Positions 10,479 to 20,402 of a stretch of 64,000 nucleotides of DNA are shown here, piece after piece. The position numbers and the translations under genes are program-made. The stretch spans positions 35,199 through 99,198 of the forward strand of contig CAZQZT010000003.1 of assembly GCA_964597925.1 (NCBI GenBank). The letters run 5' to 3'. How positions within the stretch are numbered: position 1 is the first letter of the stretch; each line of letters starts with the position of its first letter. Source of the stretch: an uncultured Candidatus Saccharibacteria bacterium (GTDB lineage: Bacteria > Patescibacteriota > Saccharimonadia > Saccharimonadales > JBBQAJ01). The notes under the pieces were generated by a model. That model searched no databases. It was not told the DNA's origin and saw only the letters and a list, made by a program, of their open reading frames with translations.

Positions 10479-11899
10479 TAGGGTGGCAAAGTATAGCTCA
10501 GATAGCATCCAATGTTCAGTCTGGTAAAGTCAAGGCGACAGATTTAGTGAATCAAGCTTTGGCAACGATTGAAGAAAAGAGCGAATTTAATGCCGTAATA
10601 GCAACTATTGAAAAAAGGGCAAAAGAACGCGCCCAAGAAATAGACCAGCACGTTGCAAAAGGCGAAAAGGTTGGTCGACTGGCAGGCGTGCCTTTCATTG
10701 CAAAAGATAACTTCCTTACTTTCGGCGTAGAAACCACGGCTGCCAGCAATATCCTTAAAGGCTTCAACGCTCCCTACCAATCAACGGCCATTGAAAAATT
10801 AGAAGCTGAGGGAGCAATATGCGTGGCAAAGGCTAATTTGGACGCTTTTGCTCATGGCTCAAGTACCGAAAACAGCGACTTTCAAACTACTAAAAATCCC
10901 CATGACAAAACACGTGTTCCTGGTGGTTCGTCTGGAGGCTCAGCAGCAGCAGTTATTTTAGACATGGCTCCATTTGCACTAGGTACGGATACGGGTGGTT
11001 CTATTCGATTGCCTGCAGCATTTTGCGGTGCGGTAGGTTACAAGCCAACCTATGGGCTGGTATCTCGCAGCGGTGTAGTAGCAATGGCAAGTAGTACGGA
11101 CGTGATTGGTCCGCTGACACGGACCGTCGAAGACGCGGCACTGGTCCTAGATGTAATGTCAGGACGAGATGAGCTAGATAGCACTATGATCGAGCGTGAC
11201 AAAACGCCTTATACTGACCTAAAGTTTGACGTTAAGGGTAAAAAAATAGGCATAATCAGCGAATACATGCGCGAAGGTTTAAGCGAAGACGTTAGAAGCA
11301 AAATTGAAACAGCTGCAGACAAGTTAGGCTTGGCAGGTGCGGTGCCTTTTAGCATCAGCTTGCCCAGCCTGCCCTTGGCATTGGCTTGTTACTACATTAT
11401 TTGTCCTGCGGAAGTCAGTAGTAACCTTAGCAGATATGATGGTCAAAAGTATGGGTACTCTCATGTACAAGCCAAAAATCTGGACGACAGCTATAACTGG
11501 TCTCGTAGCGAGGGCTTTGGCAAGGAAGCAAAAAGAAGGATTATGATGGGTACCTATGTTCTGAGCAGTGGTTACTATGATGCATACTATAAAAAAGCCC
11601 AGCAGCTTAGGACAAAATTGGTTCAGGAGTTCGAAGAGGCTTTCACTAAAGTTGATTTTTTGCTGGGTCCTACTACTCCTACTACTGCATTTGCGATTGG
11701 TGAAAATACAGATGACCCATTGCAGATGTATTTGAGAGATATTATGACGGTAGCCGTAAACCTGGTTGGCGTACCTGCCATCAGTATACCCGCTGGTAAT
11801 GTTGATGGTTTACCGGTTGGTCTTCAGCTTATTGCTCCACAGCATGGCGACAGGAAACTCCTAGCGTTAGCCCAAAAAACTGAGGAGTTGTTGGCATGA
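10475..11899 (+). CDS. gatA: Glutamyl-tRNA(Gln) amidotransferase subunit A
   Basis: Amidase signature GGSSGGSAAAV, with a Ser-cisSer-Lys triad context. Confidence 0.95.
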   Translation: MIGWQSIAQIASNVQSGKVKATDLVNQALATIEEKSEFNAVIATIEKRAKERAQEIDQHVAKGEKVGRLAGVPFIAKDNFLTFGVETTAASNILKGFNAPYQSTAIEKLEAEGAICVAKANLDAFAHGSSTENSDFQTTKNPHDKTRVPGGSSGGSAAAVILDMAPFALGTDTGGSIRLPAAFCGAVGYKPTYGLVSRSGVVAMASSTDVIGPLTRTVEDAALVLDVMSGRDELDSTMIERDKTPYTDLKFDVKGKKIGIISEYMREGLSEDVRSKIETAADKLGLAGAVPFSISLPSLPLALACYYIICPAEVSSNLSRYDGQKYGYSHVQAKNLDDSYNWSRSEGFGKEAKRRIMMGTYVLSSGYYDAYYKKAQQLRTKLVQEFEEAFTKVDFLLGPTTPTTAFAIGENTDDPLQMYLRDIMTVAVNLVGVPAISIPAGNVDGLPVGLQLIAPQHGDRKLLALAQKTEELLA

Positions 11900-12336
11900 A
11901 TGTTGGGTTGATTATCTCCACAAGTCTTGGCGTAATCGTGGTACTGATTGTGGGAACAGTATTTGCTATCAAGCTTCCCAAAAAGCTCAAAGTAGATAGA
12001 TTTATTGCTAGCTGGCAAGAATTGCAAAGCTGTTGTAGAGACAAAGCCACCTGGGCTCAAGCGATTACGCAAGCAGATAAATTGCTAGACGTAGCTCTCA
12101 AAAAGCGAAAGCTCAAAGGCAAAACTATGGGCGAGAGAATGGTGTCGGCCCAGCGTTTATTTACAGATAACGATGATGTTTGGTTTTCTCATAATTTGGC
12201 AAAAAAACTAACAGTTCAGATGGATATGAGGCTTAAAGAGTCAGACGTAAAAGACGCACTCATGGGATTTAGACAAGCCTTGCGTGATATAGGCGCCTTG
12301 CCGCCTGCTGGTAAAGAGGTGTCTGATGATAGCTAA
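11896..12336 (+). CDS. Small membrane protein (146 aa) inserted between gatA and gatB
   Basis: N-terminal hydrophobic helix IISTSLGVIVVLIVGTVFAI. Overlaps gatA and gatB by a few nt, so it appears translationally coupled. Confidence 0.5.
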   Translation: MNVGLIISTSLGVIVVLIVGTVFAIKLPKKLKVDRFIASWQELQSCCRDKATWAQAITQADKLLDVALKKRKLKGKTMGERMVSAQRLFTDNDDVWFSHNLAKKLTVQMDMRLKESDVKDALMGFRQALRDIGALPPAGKEVSDDS

Positions 12337-13777
12337 GGAAGTCGCAGAGGCTTATATAACCACTATTGGTATTGAATGCCATGTGCAGTTAAAGACTAAG
12401 ACGAAACTGTTTTCTGCAGTTGGTAATGATGCACGGTTTGCAAAACCAAACACACTAATTAGTCACATCGACCTAGGTATGCCTGGTGCGTTGCCGGTTC
12501 TAAATGAGCAGGCGGTGGAACTGGCAATGAAAGCGGCGTTTGCGCTTGGCGTAGCACCACAGAAATTTAGCAAATTTGATCGCAAACACTACTTCTACCC
12601 TGATTTGCCAAAAGGTTATCAGATTACCCAGTTCGATGAGCCAATTGTGCTTGGTGGCCATGTAGATATAGTGATTAACGGTAAAACCAAACGTATCAAT
12701 GTAACCAGGGCTCATCTGGAAGAAGATGCCGGTAAAAGCACGCATCCTACAGGCAAAGATTATAGTCTCGTAGACCTCAACAGGGCGGGTACGCCACTGT
12801 TAGAAATTGTGTCAGAGCCAGAAATGCACAGTGCCGAAGAAGCCAAAGCTTTTGCTAAAGAGCTGTATTTGCTAATGCGTTATGCCGACGTTTCTGATGC
12901 AAATTTGTACTATGGAAACATGCGCTTCGATGTGAATGTGTCTGTCAGCAAAACAAAAGAGCTTGGTACACGCACAGAAACCAAGAATCTGAACTCTTTT
13001 AAGAGCGTAGAAAAAGCAGTTGAATACGAAGTGAAACGTCAGACAGAGCATCTAGAAAAAGGTCAGCCAATTGTCCAAGAAACTCGTGGCTGGGATGATG
13101 CTAAGCAAAAAACATTTAGCCAGCGAACCAAAGAAGACGCGCATGATTACCGCTACTTTCCTGACCCAGACATCCCGCCGCTAGAACTTACTGATGCCGC
13201 AATTGAAGGCATGAAGTTCATTATGCCACCACTACCACACGATCTGAGAACCAGCTTCGCAAAACTAAAGCTGGACAAGTCAGCTGTTGACACGCTTGTA
13301 GTGGAAATGCCTGCCGGTAAGTTGGTACATGATCTGCTGGAGACTGATTGTAGTGCACGACTTGTCAAACGAGTTGCTAATTGGTTAGTTAGCGATGTTC
13401 AGGCAGTTTTGTCTGATGGTGAAAAAAACTGGGAAGATTTGAAGCTAAACCCAGAGTACTTGGTTGATTTGGCAAAACTAGTAGAGGGTAACAAAATTAG
13501 CTCCACCGGAGCCAAAACAGTGCTACTGGAAATGATAAAAACCGGTGAGGTGCCGCTAAAAATTGCAGAAGCCAAGAATGTATTGCAAACATCCGACAAA
13601 GGCGAAATAGACAAAATAGTCCATGATGTTCTGAAAGACAACCCGCAAGCTGCACGAGACGTCAAAAGCGGTGAACTGAAGGCAATCGGCTTCTTAGTAG
13701 GCCAGGTAATGAAGGCCAGCAAGGGCAAAGCCAACCCCGCCCTCGCGCAAGAGCTGATCAAGAAGCAACTTGGATAA
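12326..13777 (+). CDS. gatB: Asp-tRNA(Asn)/Glu-tRNA(Gln) amidotransferase subunit B
   Basis: GIECHVQLKTKTKLFS and DLNRAGTPLLEIVSEP are canonical GatB motifs. C-terminal YqeY-like domain present. Confidence 0.95.
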   Translation: MIAKEVAEAYITTIGIECHVQLKTKTKLFSAVGNDARFAKPNTLISHIDLGMPGALPVLNEQAVELAMKAAFALGVAPQKFSKFDRKHYFYPDLPKGYQITQFDEPIVLGGHVDIVINGKTKRINVTRAHLEEDAGKSTHPTGKDYSLVDLNRAGTPLLEIVSEPEMHSAEEAKAFAKELYLLMRYADVSDANLYYGNMRFDVNVSVSKTKELGTRTETKNLNSFKSVEKAVEYEVKRQTEHLEKGQPIVQETRGWDDAKQKTFSQRTKEDAHDYRYFPDPDIPPLELTDAAIEGMKFIMPPLPHDLRTSFAKLKLDKSAVDTLVVEMPAGKLVHDLLETDCSARLVKRVANWLVSDVQAVLSDGEKNWEDLKLNPEYLVDLAKLVEGNKISSTGAKTVLLEMIKTGEVPLKIAEAKNVLQTSDKGEIDKIVHDVLKDNPQAARDVKSGELKAIGFLVGQVMKASKGKANPALAQELIKKQLG

Positions 13778-13866
13778 CACCTATTTCGAAGTTGACTATA
13801 ACCTCTGTATATGGTCTTGCCATGATTATTGTTTGCTATATCTTTGCGCGTGCTACAATTTAGGCA

Positions 13867-14757
13867 ATGGATAAGCCGAAGGTTCGAAAAGCAGTAATTG
13901 CTGCAGCAGGGTTTGGGACACGGTTTTTGCCACAAACAAAGGCCATGCCTAAAGAGATGCTGCCACTGATAGACAAGCCTATAATTCAATATATTGTAGA
14001 AGAGTTAGTTGAAGCAGGGATAGAAGATATTGTTATAGTAACCGGATATCACAAGCGCTCTATAGAAGACCATTTTGACCAAATGAGTGCAGACCTGAAG
14101 GCAAATCTCAAACAGAGTGGTAAAGATGAATTGCTGAAAGAAACACAAAAAATTTCTAATCTAGCTAACTTCGCGTACATCAGACAAAAAGGACCAATCG
14201 GTAACGGCACACCGCTACTTAATGCTGAACATTTGATCGGGAACGAACCATTTATCTTTACATGGAGTGACGACTTTATAGTGTCATCTCCAGTTAGGTT
14301 CAAACAACTTATAGGGACCTACCAAAAATACGGCTGTACGGTTGTAGGTACTATAAAAGCCGACAAAGACCAAGATTATGATCGCTATGGTTATGCGGCA
14401 GGTGAAGAAATAGAGCCAGGCATTATTCAGGCTACGCGCATAGCCGAAAAACCAGGAAAACTTGACGCACCGTCCAGTCAAGCAACCAATGGTGGTTTTT
14501 TGCTAACTTCTGATATATTTGACTATTTGCGTCAAGCTAGGGATGAACTTAAAGATGGTGATGAGTTGGTAACCAACAGTGCGCTGATGAAGATGCTTGG
14601 CGATGGCAAAAAAGTTATTGCTGCCGAAATCCAAAATGCAAAATACCACGACGCTGGCAATAAGCTCGAATATCTTAAAACAGTAGTAGATTTTGCACTT
14701 CAGAGAGATAGTATGAAAAAGGAATTTCTTGACTATTTACGCACAGTGGTACAATAG
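13867..14757 (+). CDS. galU: UTP--glucose-1-phosphate uridylyltransferase
   Basis: KAVIAAAGFGTRFLPQTKAMPKEMLPLIDKPIIQYIVEE is the GalU nucleotidyltransferase motif. Confidence 0.9.
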   Translation: MDKPKVRKAVIAAAGFGTRFLPQTKAMPKEMLPLIDKPIIQYIVEELVEAGIEDIVIVTGYHKRSIEDHFDQMSADLKANLKQSGKDELLKETQKISNLANFAYIRQKGPIGNGTPLLNAEHLIGNEPFIFTWSDDFIVSSPVRFKQLIGTYQKYGCTVVGTIKADKDQDYDRYGYAAGEEIEPGIIQATRIAEKPGKLDAPSSQATNGGFLLTSDIFDYLRQARDELKDGDELVTNSALMKMLGDGKKVIAAEIQNAKYHDAGNKLEYLKTVVDFALQRDSMKKEFLDYLRTVVQ

Positions 14758-14766
14758 TAAGTACAT

Positions 14767-15033
14767 ATGGATAACGCCGAAACAATCCTAGTTATTATAT
14801 TGTCCACCACCTTAACGGTGTTTCTAATCCTTGGCATAATAGCAATGGTAAAAGTGAATGCAATACTAGGACACTTGAAAGTTATTTCAGAAAAAGCAGA
14901 AGCTCTGGCTACGACCGCAGAAAATGTTGGTGAATTTTTTAAATACACAGCCGGTCCGGCCGCAATCGGCAAATTAGTTTCAAATATTAGCGATGCAGTT
15001 TTTAAGCATAATAAGAAATCTAAAGAGGACTAA
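14767..15033 (+). CDS. Small membrane protein (88 aa)
   Basis: One strong TM helix (ILVIILSTTLTVFLILGIIAMV). Confidence 0.4.
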   Translation: MDNAETILVIILSTTLTVFLILGIIAMVKVNAILGHLKVISEKAEALATTAENVGEFFKYTAGPAAIGKLVSNISDAVFKHNKKSKED

Positions 15034-15035
15034 TC

Positions 15036-15458
15036 ATGATCAAAAAAAGCACAGCAGCAATTGGTAGTCTTCTGATAGCGGGTGTTGGCTATGTGGCCGG
15101 TGTGCTTACTGCCCCTAAGAGTGGACGGGAAACGCGTAAAGACCTGCGAGCAGCTGCGGCAAAAGCCAAAAGTGAAGCAGAGCGCAAGCTCAAGGCAGCA
15201 CATAGTGAGCTAACAAAACTACTCGATGAAGCAGCATTATTTGCGGAAAAAGCAAAGGGCAATGCCGATGCGGAGTTTAAGAAAGTACGTGCTCAGGCAG
15301 AAAAAGTACGTCAAAAAGCGCGTGAACTATTATCTGGTATTCATGAAGGTGAAGCGGACGACAAGGATTTGCAACAAGCTATAGATGACGTAAAAAAAGC
15401 CTCCGCGCATTTAAAGAAATATCTTGAAAAACAAAACAGCTCAGAAGCAACAAAATAA
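15036..15458 (+). CDS. YtxH-like membrane-anchored coiled-coil protein
   Basis: N-terminal GxxxGxLxAPKSGRETRKDL motif characteristic of the YtxH family, followed by a Lys/Ala/Glu coiled coil. Confidence 0.6.
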   Translation: MIKKSTAAIGSLLIAGVGYVAGVLTAPKSGRETRKDLRAAAAKAKSEAERKLKAAHSELTKLLDEAALFAEKAKGNADAEFKKVRAQAEKVRQKARELLSGIHEGEADDKDLQQAIDDVKKASAHLKKYLEKQNSSEATK

Positions 15459-15702
15459 GCCTAGAGATCCAGAAGAACTGGGTAAGATGTTGATTGGCAT
15501 TTATGAAAGCGGGTATCTGGATCGTCCGACTGCCTACAGGACCAGCTTTTTCAAAGGCATTTTAGCTGGTTTGGGAGGGGCTGTTGGAGCCACAATTGTA
15601 CTTGCTCTAGTGCTCTGGGTCTTGGGTCTATTCAGCAGCGTACCTCTGCTGGGTAGAGTTGTTGAAAATATCAAAGATACCGTCAATTCTGCCAATCTGT
15701 AA
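15424..15702 (+). CDS. Small membrane protein (92 aa). The start may be the internal Met at 15487.
   Basis: C-terminal TM helix GAVGATIVLALVLWVLGLF. Overlaps the previous ORF by 35 nt unless the start is shifted. Confidence 0.4.
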   Translation: MKNKTAQKQQNKPRDPEELGKMLIGIYESGYLDRPTAYRTSFFKGILAGLGGAVGATIVLALVLWVLGLFSSVPLLGRVVENIKDTVNSANL

Positions 15703-15774
15703 CAACTGTTGTAATTAATTGCTGTATATGTAAAAGACAAAGTACACTAAAATATACCAAGATGAGGGGAATAT

Positions 15775-18700
15775 ATGGCTAGATACAGCCCACTGACACC
15801 TGCGGATTATGTGCATCTACATAACCATACTCAGTACAGTTTACTGGACGGTTTGACTCGCATAGATCAGCTGATGGATTACGTACTAGAACAAGGTATG
15901 CAAGCCGTGGCTATGACTGATCACGGCACGCTGTCTGGTGCAATCGAATTTTATAAAGAAGCCATAAATCACGAAGTTAAGCCAATTATTGGAATTGAAA
16001 CTTATATGGCGATGCGTGGTCATAAAGACAAAGACCCGGCAAAAGACAAAAATCGTTTTCATTTAATCCTATTAGCCATGAACGATGCAGGATATCAGAA
16101 TCTAATGCAACTCAGTACTACAGCTAACTTAGATGGATTTTATTATTTTCCGCGCATAGATCATGAGTTATTAGAAAAGCACAACAAAGGCCTGATAGTT
16201 CTTAGTGCATGTATGGGCGGAGAGATTGGCAATGCACTGAGGGAGAGTCAGTATGAAAAAGCTAAAGACATAGCACTATGGTATAAGGGTATTTTTGGCG
16301 ACAGATATTATTTGGAGATTCAAGACCATGGTCACCCAGAAAATCCCATGCATAACGTCGAGCAGCAAGCCATAAATGAACAAATCCTAGAACTTGGCAA
16401 AGAGCTAGACATACATGTGGTTGTAACAAGTGATGCTCATTATTTGCGTCATGAAGATCAAGATGCGCATGAAATTTTACTCTGCGTCGGAACTGGATCT
16501 TTTTTGGCTGACGAAAAGCGTATGTCACTCAAGGAATTTCCTTTGCATGTTACGGAGCCAGAAGAAATAATAGCTCGCTGGGGAGTGAACCATCCGGAAG
16601 TTATTCGTAACACACGTACAATTGCTGAACGCTGTAATTTAGAAATTGATCTTGGAAAAATTTTGATACCGAAGTTTAGTGTGCCAAAAGGTAAAACAGA
16701 AAAAAGCTATTTGCAAGAGCTAGTGTACCAAGGCTTGGCATGGCGCTATGGTGGGGTTGGTCAAGAAAAATCAGGTAAACTAAGCAAGGATGTAGCTACT
16801 AAAACATTGCCCGAACTGGTAAAAAAGCGAGCCGAATACGAACTTGGCGTAATTGGACAGATGGGTTTCAATGGTTACTTTTTAATTATCCAGGATTTCA
16901 TAAATTGGGGTAAAGGCCAAGGAATAGTTTTTGGACCTGGGCGAGGCTCTGCTGCGGGTTCAATCATATCTTACGCTCTAAATATTACCGAGCTTGACCC
17001 GCTAAAGTATGATTTGCTTTTCGAGAGATTCTTAAACCCAGATCGTGTTTCAATGCCAGATATTGATATAGATATCCAAGACACACGGCGTGATGAAGTA
17101 ATTCAGTACTGTGTACAGAAATATGGAACTGATAGAGTGGCGAATATTGTTACTTTTGGAAGAATGTTTGCACGCAATGCTGTTCGTGATGTTGCTAGAG
17201 TCTTGCAGGTACCTTATGCAGACGCCGACCGTCTAGCAAAAATGATTCCGCCGCCAATTCAAGGCAGGCATATTCCTTTGGAAACTTCATTACGTGAAAA
17301 TAATGAGCTGAAGGCCGAATATGAAAACAATGAAACTTCCAGGCGTGTACTGGACCAAGCACTCAGACTTGAAGGCACTATCCGTAGCCACGGGGTGCAT
17401 GCAGCAGGTGTAGTGATTGCTCCAGACAAGTTAGTTAAATTTGCCCCTCTGGAAATGGCACAAAAAGGGGTCGTTTCTACCCAATATTCGATGGGCCCTA
17501 TCGAAGAACTGGGCTTGCTGAAGATGGATTTCCTAGGCCTTTCTAACCTAACCATAATTAAAAATGCCCTAAGAATAGTAAAGAAAGTACATGACATTGA
17601 TTTGGTGGTCGAAGACATACCACTAGATGATAAGAAAACCTTCAAACTGTTCCAAGACGCCGATACAACTGGTCTGTTCCAGTTTGAGTCAGCTGGCATG
17701 AAACGCTACTTGAAACAGCTTAAGCCGACAGTATTTGAGGACCTGATAGCTATGAATGCACTGTATCGACCGGGTCCAATGCAATGGATTGAAGATTTTA
17801 TAGCAAGAAAACATGGTCAAAAAGAAATCAGTTTTTTGCACCCTGCCATGGAGCCTGCACTAAAAAATACTTATGGAATCATTGTGTATCAAGAACAGGT
17901 CATGCAAATAAGTAAAGAAATGTGCGGCTTTACTGGTGGTCAAGCCGACAGTTTACGAAAAGGTATAGGTAAAAAAATACCTGCCGTCCTTGCAAAGCTT
18001 AAAACAGAATTTATAGAAGGTGCCATGACCACTGTTGGAGCAGACAGGGAACTGATGGAAAAATTTTGGAAACAGTTAGAGGCATTTGCTTCGTATGCTT
18101 TTCCAAAAGCTCACTCGTCGTGCTATGCACTGATCGCTTACTGGACAGCTTATCTTAAAGCTAATTATCCAGATGTTTTTATGGCTGCGCTGATGACAAG
18201 CGACTACGATGATATCGATAGACTGGCTGTAGAAATAGCTGAATGCAAACACATGGGTATAGAGGTACTGGCACCAGATGTTAACGAATCGTTTAACGAA
18301 TTCGCCGTAGTTCCTGGTAAAAAACAGATTCGTTTTGGACTACGTGCAGTAAAAAATGTCGGCAGTAATGCCGTAGATGAAATATTGCGCGCACGTGAAC
18401 GTGTGGGTTCGTTCAAATCACTTGAAGAATTTTTTGGTAACGTAAATGTTCGTACAGTAAATCGCAAGTCACTAGAAAGTTTAATTAAAGCTGGGGCGTT
18501 TGATAGTTTAGGAGAGCGAGCAGAACTGCTCGGAAACATGGACCTGTTATTGGCTTATGCAAACAAAATACAAAAAGACATAGCGAGCGGCCAAACAGAT
18601 TTGTTTGGCAAGCTTGAAGCCGGACAAGCGAAGTCGCGGTTAGTGCTTAACGCTTCTTTTCCTGCAATTGAACAACGCGAACAGTTGCTCTGGGAACGAG

Positions 18701-19389
18701 AGCTCCTGGGTATATATCTAAGTCAACATCCTCTGGGCCAGTTTGAAGCATTCTTGGCCGAACAGGCCATAGCCCTAAACGCACTAAAACCAGAGCATGA
18801 TAATAAATCGGCTCAAATTGGTGGTGCAGTTACCGATATGCGCGAGATTACAACAAAAAATGGGCAAAAAATGGCTTTTGTAAAAGTTGCTGACCAGTTT
18901 GGCGAAATTGAGTTGGTCCTTTTCCCAAGTATTTATCAGCAAACAACTGGCATATGGGAGCGCGACAAAGTTGTTCTTGTAAAAGGAAAAGTTACTGCCA
19001 AAGACAAAGAAGGAAACTCAACCGGCGAGATAAAGCTTTTGGTAGACGATGCCCGTGAAGTTACCCATGAACAAGCAAAGGCATACCAAACAACTGGCAA
19101 AAAACCAAAGGCAGTAAAATTGAGTAAGGCGATTAAGAAACCAGCACAAACTAAAAAATCCGCAGAATTGCCAACCAGAGTATATGTTCGCCTGCAAAAC
19201 AGCGCCAATCAAGATGAGCTGGTCTCACTAAAACAAACTATTGACGCACATCCTGGCGAAACGGAGGTTGTATTAGTTATAGGAGATAAAGAGAAGCAAA
19301 TTATTAGGTTGCCAAACAGAATATCACACAAAACTGGTTTGGCTGATTTGCAATCAGTAATTGGCCATGAACATGTTCGCCTGCAGTAA
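15775..19389 (+). CDS. dnaE: DNA polymerase III alpha subunit (DnaE type) with a Lys-rich C-terminal extension
   Basis: PHP domain HLHNHTQYSLLDG, polymerase core, OB fold and tail. 1204 aa. Confidence 0.95.
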   Translation: MARYSPLTPADYVHLHNHTQYSLLDGLTRIDQLMDYVLEQGMQAVAMTDHGTLSGAIEFYKEAINHEVKPIIGIETYMAMRGHKDKDPAKDKNRFHLILLAMNDAGYQNLMQLSTTANLDGFYYFPRIDHELLEKHNKGLIVLSACMGGEIGNALRESQYEKAKDIALWYKGIFGDRYYLEIQDHGHPENPMHNVEQQAINEQILELGKELDIHVVVTSDAHYLRHEDQDAHEILLCVGTGSFLADEKRMSLKEFPLHVTEPEEIIARWGVNHPEVIRNTRTIAERCNLEIDLGKILIPKFSVPKGKTEKSYLQELVYQGLAWRYGGVGQEKSGKLSKDVATKTLPELVKKRAEYELGVIGQMGFNGYFLIIQDFINWGKGQGIVFGPGRGSAAGSIISYALNITELDPLKYDLLFERFLNPDRVSMPDIDIDIQDTRRDEVIQYCVQKYGTDRVANIVTFGRMFARNAVRDVARVLQVPYADADRLAKMIPPPIQGRHIPLETSLRENNELKAEYENNETSRRVLDQALRLEGTIRSHGVHAAGVVIAPDKLVKFAPLEMAQKGVVSTQYSMGPIEELGLLKMDFLGLSNLTIIKNALRIVKKVHDIDLVVEDIPLDDKKTFKLFQDADTTGLFQFESAGMKRYLKQLKPTVFEDLIAMNALYRPGPMQWIEDFIARKHGQKEISFLHPAMEPALKNTYGIIVYQEQVMQISKEMCGFTGGQADSLRKGIGKKIPAVLAKLKTEFIEGAMTTVGADRELMEKFWKQLEAFASYAFPKAHSSCYALIAYWTAYLKANYPDVFMAALMTSDYDDIDRLAVEIAECKHMGIEVLAPDVNESFNEFAVVPGKKQIRFGLRAVKNVGSNAVDEILRARERVGSFKSLEEFFGNVNVRTVNRKSLESLIKAGAFDSLGERAELLGNMDLLLAYANKIQKDIASGQTDLFGKLEAGQAKSRLVLNASFPAIEQREQLLWERELLGIYLSQHPLGQFEAFLAEQAIALNALKPEHDNKSAQIGGAVTDMREITTKNGQKMAFVKVADQFGEIELVLFPSIYQQTTGIWERDKVVLVKGKVTAKDKEGNSTGEIKLLVDDAREVTHEQAKAYQTTGKKPKAVKLSKAIKKPAQTKKSAELPTRVYVRLQNSANQDELVSLKQTIDAHPGETEVVLVIGDKEKQIIRLPNRISHKTGLADLQSVIGHEHVRLQ

Positions 19390-19403
19390 GATTTTGAATA
19401 AGC

Positions 19404-20399
19404 CTAGCGAATAAATCCAGTTGTTTGTGACAGGAAACTTCCCATAAGTACCAAGCTAATCAGCGCCGTGTCCAGCAGGGGGTGATGCAAGACAAACCGC
19501 TCACTATCTTTTATCAAATGGCGCAAACCAGCAGCATGCTTTAATAGAAGGAACGCCGTGGCTAGACCGGTTATGATACCGACCACAAACAATGCCCACG
19601 GCGCATTGCCGTTGGTTAGTGTTTGAATGCGACTGACTGCAAGTGAAGTGGGTTCTGCCAGTATTGATGTGTCGGTTGTGACTGGAACATCTTTTGTGAC
19701 TTTAGGAGTCGCAGCGGGGGCGGGTGCTGGATTTGCGGCAGGATCGATTTGGGTAGGGGCGCTTATGGGTGCTGGTGCAGCTGATGCAGGAGCTTGGTTA
19801 GCGGAAGCTAAAACAAGAGGCTTGCCGTACATAGCTACAACAACCGTTTCTTCGCCACTATTATTGAAGTCAGATCCGTTGGCATACCCAAACCCAACTT
19901 CTGTATATTCACTGTCTAGTAAATTCTCTTTGTGTATCGGACTATTCATCCAACCTGTTACGGTGTCATCGCTTGTTAAAAAGCCATAGGCAAGGTTTTC
20001 GCCTGCTTTTTGATATTTGTAGCCAGCGCCATCAATGAAAAACCATGGCTCTTTGCCATCAGGAGTTGTGTGGGACCAATAGTTGCGAGCAATCATATCA
20101 TTTGCTTTTGCTTGCGCGGCTGCTGAGAGCGTTGAGTTCAGTTGTAGTGTTGCGGACCCGTTTTGAGTTCGTTGACTGTTTGTTGCACTAAGTAATTGTC
20201 CTTGACTTACGCTGATAGCATAGGCTAGAAAACTTCGCTGATGAACGGGCTGTATCAAGCTAATCAAAAAAGTTCCTACTACAAGTAGCAACAGAGGTAT
20301 ATACGGCCAATAATGCCGGTGTTCGCTTTTGTTAATTTGTTTTGGTTTGCTTAGCGCACGAAAATTGTGCGGCCTGTGCGGCCTTTGTGCCATAAGCAT
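19404..20399 (-). CDS. CAP/SCP/PR-1-like (YkwD-type) domain protein, membrane-anchored, with a Pro/Ala-rich linker
   Basis: N-terminal TM helix. CAP core NYWSHTT...GENLAYGF...GWMNSPIHKENLL...YTEVGFGYA. Then a PA-rich low-complexity linker and a C-terminal hydrophobic segment. Confidence 0.7.
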   Translation of the reverse strand: MLMAQRPHRPHNFRALSKPKQINKSEHRHYWPYIPLLLLVVGTFLISLIQPVHQRSFLAYAISVSQGQLLSATNSQRTQNGSATLQLNSTLSAAAQAKANDMIARNYWSHTTPDGKEPWFFIDGAGYKYQKAGENLAYGFLTSDDTVTGWMNSPIHKENLLDSEYTEVGFGYANGSDFNNSGEETVVVAMYGKPLVLASANQAPASAAPAPISAPTQIDPAANPAPAPAATPKVTKDVPVTTDTSILAEPTSLAVSRIQTLTNGNAPWALFVVGIITGLATAFLLLKHAAGLRHLIKDSERFVLHHPLLDTALISLVLMGSFLSQTTGFIR

Positions 20400-20402
20400 A
20401 TT

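Noticed and set aside
15706-15716. Palindrome ACAACTGTTGT right after the 15424-15702 ORF
   Set aside because: Only 5-bp arms with a 1-nt centre, too short to call an operator or terminator without further support.
19627-19989. Gly/Ala-rich 120-aa ORF
   Set aside because: It is the antisense of the Pro/Ala-rich linker of the CAP-domain gene, a low-complexity mirror artefact.
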